A DNA stretch of 64,000 bases, taken from assembly GCA_965246995.1 (NCBI GenBank), contig OZ252008.1, positions 3,522,925 through 3,586,924 of the forward strand, read 5' to 3'. A program made the position numbers and the translations under genes. The notes under the pieces were generated by a model, which was not told the origin of the DNA, made no database searches, and saw only the letters and a program-made list of their open reading frames with translations. The stretch is from Vicinamibacterales bacterium. GTDB taxonomy: Bacteria > Acidobacteriota > Vicinamibacteria > Vicinamibacterales > UBA8438. Position 1 is the first letter of the stretch. Every line of letters begins with the position of its first letter. Positions 56,225 to 64,000 of this stretch are shown one piece after another.

Positions 56225-56311
56225 GCGAAAGTGGCGGAACTGGCAGACGCGCCGGATTTAGGATTCGGTAGCCGCAAGGCTATGGGGGTTCAAATCCCCC
56301 CTTTCGCACCA
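56225..56311 (+). tRNA. tRNA-Leu (TAG)
   Basis: Acceptor GCGAAAG/CTTTCGC-A-CCA; anticodon arm CCGGA-TTTAGGA-TTCGG; long variable arm; GGTTCAAATCC T-arm. Confidence 0.96.
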
Positions 56312-56358
56312 CCTGCAGACCCGCACTACCCCGCACTCGGTGAGGCCGTTGGCAGACC

Positions 56359-57645
56359 ATGAAGACTGAAGTGACCGATGTCGGCGCCTGCCGGAAACAG
56401 ATGAAGGTCGAGATCCCGGCGGAGCGTGTCGATCAGGCGATAGACCGGCTGTTGAACCGTTACCGGCGCACAGCGAAGCTGCAGGGATTCCGCCCGGGCA
56501 AGGCGCCCGCCAAGGTGATTCGCGCCCGGTTTCGCGATGAGATCCTGCGGGAGGTGGCGGAGGATCTGGTGCGGAGCGCGGTCGACGACGCAATCGACAG
56601 CGAGCAGATTGACCCCATCGCCCCCCCCGAGATCCGTGATGTCGAGGTAGATGAAGGAAAACCGCTCACTTTCACCGCGCTGTTCGAGACGCTGCCGCAG
56701 ATTGATCCAGGCGACTACACCGCGTTCACGCTCCGGCAGTCGCCGGTCAACGTCGAGGATGACGCGATCGATCAGGCGATCGAGCGTCTGCGCCAGGGTG
56801 CCGGCCGACTCGAGCCGGTCGAGGGACGTCCGACGGAGCGGGGCGATATCGTCACGATCGACCTCGACCGGCGCCTGACCGACGCGACGCAGGGGAAGGG
56901 GTCCGAGCATCTCGACGGCGTCCGGGTCGAGATCGGAAACGACGCCAATCCGCCCGGCTTTGATGCCGAACTGACCGGACTGGCGGTCGGTGATACCCGC
57001 TCGTTCACCGTGACGCATGCAGAGAACGATCCGGTCAGGCGGCTCGCGGGGCGCGAAGCGGCCTACGACATCACGGCAACCGCCATCAGCCAACCGGTGC
57101 TGCCGGAGGTAGACGACGCCTTTGCCCAGAGCGTGGGCGAGTTCGCCGACCTCGCCGCGCTCCGCACCCGGGTCGAAGAAGATCTCAAGGCGGCAGCGGA
57201 GCAGGAAGCACGCCAGGAGGTTCGCGGAGAGCTGTTGCGCCAGCTCGCCAACCGGGTCACGGTCGAAGTGCCAACGGCACTGGTCGAACGCGAGCTGGAC
57301 CGGCGGATCGAGCAGGTCGCGCAACAACTGGCCGCCGAGGGGGTCGATCCGCGCAACGCGCCGGTCGACTGGCAGGCCTTCCGGCAGCAGCAGCGGGCCT
57401 CGGCGACCGATGCGGTCCGGAGCACGCTGGTGGTCGACGAAATCGCCCGGCGCGAGTCAATCGAGGCGGGCGAAGATGACGTCACGGGCGAGATCGATCG
57501 CCAGGCGGAACTGTCCGGACGGACTCCCGCGGCCGTCCGCGCCCTGGTCGAGCAGCAGGGGGGCATGGCCCGCCTGGGGGCCGGACTGCGGCGCGAGCAG
57601 ACGATCGAGTTCCTGTTGGCGCGTGCTACGATCGTCCATGCCTGA
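56359..57645 (+). CDS. tig: Trigger factor
   Basis: GFRPGKAP signature; canonical position before clpP. Confidence 0.95.
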   Translation: MKTEVTDVGACRKQMKVEIPAERVDQAIDRLLNRYRRTAKLQGFRPGKAPAKVIRARFRDEILREVAEDLVRSAVDDAIDSEQIDPIAPPEIRDVEVDEGKPLTFTALFETLPQIDPGDYTAFTLRQSPVNVEDDAIDQAIERLRQGAGRLEPVEGRPTERGDIVTIDLDRRLTDATQGKGSEHLDGVRVEIGNDANPPGFDAELTGLAVGDTRSFTVTHAENDPVRRLAGREAAYDITATAISQPVLPEVDDAFAQSVGEFADLAALRTRVEEDLKAAAEQEARQEVRGELLRQLANRVTVEVPTALVERELDRRIEQVAQQLAAEGVDPRNAPVDWQAFRQQQRASATDAVRSTLVVDEIARRESIEAGEDDVTGEIDRQAELSGRTPAAVRALVEQQGGMARLGAGLRREQTIEFLLARATIVHA

Positions 57646-58240
57646 CTCGCGCGGACAGCTCATCCCGATGGTGGTCGAACAGACCAACCGCGGGGAGCGA
57701 GCCTACGACATCTACTCCCGCCTCCTGAAGGACAGTATCGTCTTCATCGGCGCCCCGATCGACGATGGTCTGGCGAACCTGATCATCGCGCAGATGCTCT
57801 TTCTCGAGGCGGAGGATCCGGATCGGGACATCATGCTGTACATCAACAGCCCCGGTGGATCGATCTCGGCCGGCCTTGCCATCTACGACACGATGCAGTT
57901 CATCAAGCCGGACGTGCAGACCACCTGCATCGGACAGGCGGCGTCGATGGCGGCGGTGCTACTGGCCGCGGGTGCGCCGAAGAAGCGCTTCTCGCTGCCG
58001 AACTCGCGAATCGTCATCCACCAGCCGCTGATGACCGGGCTGAGCGGCCAGGCGACCGACATCGATATCCACGCGAGGGAAATCCTCCGAATGCGGCAGG
58101 GGCTGAACGAGATTCTCTCGCTGCACACCGGCCGGTCGCTCGATCGGATCGCCGAGGACACCGAGCGCGACTACATCATGAACGCCGACCAGGGACGCGA
58201 ATACGGTATTATTGACGACGTGATCCGTCAGCGCGCCTGA
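57638..58240 (+). CDS. clpP: ATP-dependent Clp protease proteolytic subunit
   Basis: [29 protein letters not shown]. Confidence 0.97.
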   Translation: MPDSRGQLIPMVVEQTNRGERAYDIYSRLLKDSIVFIGAPIDDGLANLIIAQMLFLEAEDPDRDIMLYINSPGGSISAGLAIYDTMQFIKPDVQTTCIGQAASMAAVLLAAGAPKKRFSLPNSRIVIHQPLMTGLSGQATDIDIHAREILRMRQGLNEILSLHTGRSLDRIAEDTERDYIMNADQGREYGIIDDVIRQRA

Positions 58241-58268
58241 GGCGCCAGGCGGGCGAGCGCGTACCCTC

Positions 58269-59516
58269 ATGGCCAAGCAGTCCGACGGCGAAACCCTCCG
58301 GTGTTCGTTCTGTAACAAGGATCAGAACGACGTCCGAAAGCTGATCGCCGGACCCACCGTCTTCATCTGCGACGAGTGCGTCGACGTCTGCAACGACATC
58401 ATTGCGGACGATACCCGTGTCGACAGGAAGGGCGGGCTCCGTTCCGGACTGCCGGTCCCGGCCGAGATCAAGAAGTTTCTCGACCAGTACGTCATCGGCC
58501 AGGAAGTCACCAAGAAGAAGCTCGCGGTAGCCGTTTACAATCACTACAAGCGGGTCGAGATCCAGAAACAGTCCCGGAGCCGGAACGACCCGGAGCTGAC
58601 CAAGTCGAACATTCTCCTGATCGGACCGACCGGCACTGGCAAGACGCTGCTCGCCCAGACGCTCGCCCGCCTGCTGTCGGTCCCCTTCACCATCGTCGAC
58701 GCAACGACGCTGACCGAGGCGGGCTACGTCGGAGAGGATGTCGAGAACATCATCCTGAAGCTGCTGCAGGCCGCCGGTGGAGACATCGAGAAGGCGCAGC
58801 AGGGGATCATCTATATCGACGAGATCGACAAGATCTGCCGGAAGGACGAGAACCCCTCGATCACCCGCGATGTCTCGGGTGAGGGTGTCCAGCAGGCACT
58901 GCTGAAGATCCTCGAGGGGACGGTCGCCAACGTGCCGCCCCAGGGGGGGCGGAAGCATCCGCATCAGGAGTTCTTCCACGTCGACACGACCAACGTCCTG
59001 TTCATCTGCGGCGGTGCATTCGTCGGGCTCGACAAGGCGGTTCAGCGCCGGCTGCGCCGGAAGACGCTCGGTTTCCGAGCTGACATCCGTTCCGCCGGAC
59101 AGGCTGACGTCGGCACGCTGCTGCAGAAGGTCGAGCCGGAGGATCTGATCAAGTTCGGATTGATCCCGGAGTTCGTCGGCCGGCTGCCGGTTCAGGGAAC
59201 GTTGCACGAGCTGGACAAGGCGGCCCTGATCCAGATCCTGACGGAGCCGAAAAACGCCATCACGCGCCAGTACCAGAAGCTGTTCGAGTACGAGAACGTG
59301 AAGCTGCGCTTCACGGACGACGCGATCGTGGCTATCGCCGAGCAGGCGTTGATCCGAAAGATCGGGGCGCGCGGCCTCCGCATGATCATCGAGGATCTGA
59401 TGCTCGACATCATGTTCACGCTGCCGGGCAAGAAGAAGGTGACGGAGTGTGTCATCACCCGTGACGCAGTGCTGGCCAAGGACCCGTCGCTTACGCTGAT
59501 CGAGAAGGCCGGATAG
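58269..59516 (+). CDS. clpX: Clp protease ATP-binding subunit
   Basis: CSFC..CDEC zinc finger, [23 protein letters not shown] loop. Confidence 0.97.
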   Translation: MAKQSDGETLRCSFCNKDQNDVRKLIAGPTVFICDECVDVCNDIIADDTRVDRKGGLRSGLPVPAEIKKFLDQYVIGQEVTKKKLAVAVYNHYKRVEIQKQSRSRNDPELTKSNILLIGPTGTGKTLLAQTLARLLSVPFTIVDATTLTEAGYVGEDVENIILKLLQAAGGDIEKAQQGIIYIDEIDKICRKDENPSITRDVSGEGVQQALLKILEGTVANVPPQGGRKHPHQEFFHVDTTNVLFICGGAFVGLDKAVQRRLRRKTLGFRADIRSAGQADVGTLLQKVEPEDLIKFGLIPEFVGRLPVQGTLHELDKAALIQILTEPKNAITRQYQKLFEYENVKLRFTDDAIVAIAEQALIRKIGARGLRMIIEDLMLDIMFTLPGKKKVTECVITRDAVLAKDPSLTLIEKAG

Positions 59517-59538
59517 GCGGCCGGAGCAGTACACCCTT

Positions 59539-61923
<2,385 letters not shown>

Positions 61924-61948
61924 TCCGGGCGGCCTCCGGGGGCGCCGC

Positions 61949-62578
61949 GTGAAGATCCTCGAAGCCGACTTCGTCACCAGCGTGCCGGCCGGCGGCAGCG
62001 TCCCCGGCGACTGCGGGCCGACCATCGCACTCGTCGGCCGCTCGAATGTCGGCAAGTCCAGTCTGATCAACGCGCTGACCGGCTGCCGCATCGCCCGCAT
62101 CGGCCAGAAACCTGGCACCACCCGCCTCGCCAACCTCTACTCACTGCGTACCACCAGATCCGGCCGGAAACCGGAACGCGTGACGCTGGCCGACCTTCCC
62201 GGTTACGGCTACGCCCGGGGGGGTGGGAACGCCCGGCAGGCGTTTGAAGAACTGACACGCAGTTTCTTCTCGCAGGTTTCCTGGACGGATCGGACAGTCG
62301 CCCCGGAAACGTCTCGCCTCGCTGGCGCCCTCCTGGCGGTGGACGCACGCCACGCCGGCCTGGAGAGCGACCTGGAGGCCCTCGCCTGGCTCCAACGTCT
62401 CGGCGCTCCCATCGTGGTGGTCGCCACCAAGATCGATCGACTCTCCCGCAGCGGACAGGCGGACGCCCGGCGGGACCACCCCACCGCGCTCGGCGTCGAA
62501 GTAGTCCCTGTCTCGAGCCGGACGGGCGACGGAATCCGCCCGGCCCTGGCCGCGTTCGCAGCGATGCTGGACGCCTGA
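61949..62578 (+). CDS. engB: Ribosome biogenesis GTPase YihA/YsxC
   Basis: GRSNVGKSS, DLPGYG, TKID. Confidence 0.93.
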   Translation: MKILEADFVTSVPAGGSVPGDCGPTIALVGRSNVGKSSLINALTGCRIARIGQKPGTTRLANLYSLRTTRSGRKPERVTLADLPGYGYARGGGNARQAFEELTRSFFSQVSWTDRTVAPETSRLAGALLAVDARHAGLESDLEALAWLQRLGAPIVVVATKIDRLSRSGQADARRDHPTALGVEVVPVSSRTGDGIRPALAAFAAMLDA

Positions 62579-62653
62579 CCGGCGACCGGATGTATTCATG
62601 CCTTGTCGGCTCCCAGGCAAATGGTGCCGTTGCCGCCCCTTAGCGCGCCCCGC

Positions 62654-62662
62654 TGGTATAAT
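62654..62662 (+). promoter_or_regulatory. Extended -10 promoter for rpmE
   Basis: TGgTATAAT about 32 nt before the rpmE GTG. Confidence 0.55.
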
Positions 62663-62694
62663 GGCGGTTTGCACTTTTGACGGAGGAAGAGAGC

Positions 62695-62934
62695 GTGAGG
62701 GCTGACATTCACCCGGAATACCACGAGGTCGACGTCCGGTGCGCCTGCGGCGCCACTTGGAAGACCCGGTCGACCAAGCAGGAGCTGCACCTGGAAATCT
62801 GCTCCTCCTGCCATCCCTTCTTCACCGGCAAGCAGAAGCTCGTAGACACCGAAGGCCGCGTTGATCGCTTCAGGAAGCGGTTCGGCGACGTGACGGTCGA
62901 GAGCCGCCGCAAGCAACAACGCTCCCGCCGTTGA
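62695..62934 (+). CDS. rpmE: 50S ribosomal protein L31 (Zn-binding type)
   Basis: [28 protein letters not shown]. Confidence 0.95.
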   Translation: MRADIHPEYHEVDVRCACGATWKTRSTKQELHLEICSSCHPFFTGKQKLVDTEGRVDRFRKRFGDVTVESRRKQQRSRR

Positions 62935-64000
62935 AGCTCAAACTCTTCGTGAACGGTCGCTTCGTGGATAGCCGCGCCAGCGGCATCGACGTGACCGATC
63001 CCGCCACGCAGGAAGTGATCTGCGAGGTGCCGTTTGCCACCGCCGACGAGGTAGATCAGGCGGTCCAGGGGGCGAAGACCACCTTCCAGGCCTGGCGCGA
63101 AGTGCCGACGCCCGAGCGCGCGCGGCTGTTGTTCGCCTACCAGGACATCCTGAAAAAGAACCAGGACGACGTCGCCCGGCTCCTGTGCCGGGATACCGGG
63201 AAGACCTGGGAGGACGCGCGGGGCGAGGTGTGGCGCGGCATCGAGGTGGTAGAGCATGCCTGCAGCATCGCCTCGCTGATGATGGGCGAGACGGTGGAGA
63301 ACGTCGCCCGGGGAATCGATACCTACAGCCTGGTACAGCCGGTCGGGGTCTGCGTCGGCATCACGCCGTTCAATTTCCCGGCGATGGTCCCGCTGTGGAT
63401 GTTTCCGCTGGCTATCGCCTGCGGCAACACCTTCGTCCTGAAACCTTCGGAGCAGGACCCGACGGTCCCCAACCGGCTGGTCGAGCTGCTTGCCGAGGCC
63501 GGCGCCCCGGACGGTCTGGTGCAGGTGATCCACGGTGGCAAGCCGCAGGTCGAGGCGCTGCTGGACCATCCCGACGTGCGCGCCGTCAGCTTCGTCGGCT
63601 CGGCGCCCGTCGCCAGGGCGATCTATGCCCGGGCGGCGGCGAACGGGAAGCGGGTCCAGGCGCTGGCTGGCGCCAAGAACCACATGGTGGTCCTTCCCGA
63701 CGCCAAAAAGGATCAGGCCATCGCGAGTCTGGTGGGCGCCACGTGCGGCGCCGCAGGCCAGCGCTGCATGGCAATCAGCGCCGCGGTGCTGGTGGGTGAG
63801 GCCGCAGAGTGGGTCGACGACCTGAAGCAGGCTATGGCGGCAGTGCACCCCGGGCCCTGGGATGACGCCGGCGCGGCCTACGGCCCGCAGATCACCCGCC
63901 CGGCCCGGGAGCGGATCCTCGGCTACATCGAGCGGGGCAAGGCCGAGGGTGCGCGCTGCGTGCTGGACGGCGTCGGCTGCGAGGTGTCCGGCTACCCCGA
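62931..64000 (+). CDS. mmsA: CoA-acylating methylmalonate-semialdehyde dehydrogenase (partial, runs off window)
   Basis: Manual translation from TTG 62931: [52 protein letters not shown]. Confidence 0.9.
   Translation, partial: MKLKLFVNGRFVDSRASGIDVTDPATQEVICEVPFATADEVDQAVQGAKTTFQAWREVPTPERARLLFAYQDILKKNQDDVARLLCRDTGKTWEDARGEVWRGIEVVEHACSIASLMMGETVENVARGIDTYSLVQPVGVCVGITPFNFPAMVPLWMFPLAIACGNTFVLKPSEQDPTVPNRLVELLAEAGAPDGLVQVIHGGKPQVEALLDHPDVRAVSFVGSAPVARAIYARAAANGKRVQALAGAKNHMVVLPDAKKDQAIASLVGATCGAAGQRCMAISAAVLVGEAAEWVDDLKQAMAAVHPGPWDDAGAAYGPQITRPARERILGYIERGKAEGARCVLDGVGCEVSGYP

Noticed and set aside
56225-56311. tRNA-Leu as an island integration site
   Set aside because: Directly followed by tig in canonical order; no integrase and no duplicated tRNA 3' end noticed
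57122-57637. Long N-terminal extension of ClpP
   Set aside because: Overlaps tig in another frame; ATG 57638 gives a normal-length ClpP

Overview
High-GC bacterial chromosomal window. The gene content (many secreted cytochrome c, PQQ, ankyrin, DUF1592/DUF1552 and DUF6152-type proteins) resembles Acidobacteriota such as Vicinamibacteria; this is an inference. The right end (56.2-64 kb) is core genome: tRNA-Leu(TAG)-tig-clpP-clpX-lon-engB-rpmE-mmsA. The rest is largely periplasmic redox and accessory DNA: a gluconate-2-DH-type pair, a KamA-Rieske-PQQ dehydrogenase cluster (predicted lanthanide ligands), PPi-PFK, a heme c/copper monooxygenase operon, four paralogous uncharacterised secreted proteins with DUF6152, a Mo-oxidoreductase, ArsS plus an AhpD-like gene, two ankyrin-DUF1592-DUF1552 modules, a Tat flavoprotein, and egtB/egtD facing an EgtUV/OsmF-type ABC transporter. 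The most striking signals not visible in the ORF track are: (i) an HTH-WYL regulator flanked on both sides by the same motif, CTGACAG-N3-CTGACAG-N10-TA, the downstream copy preceding a beta-barrel-like gene and an M48 peptidase with an Ada-like metal-binding module; (ii) a two-copy TA-targeting MITE, one copy inserted in-frame into a cytochrome c N-terminus; (iii) a 37-bp AT-rich palindrome before an AAA/DUF4143 ATPase-nuclease gene; (iv) gene and IS481 remnants at 26.1-27.2 kb. All family assignments are from motif recognition by eye, with no database searches.
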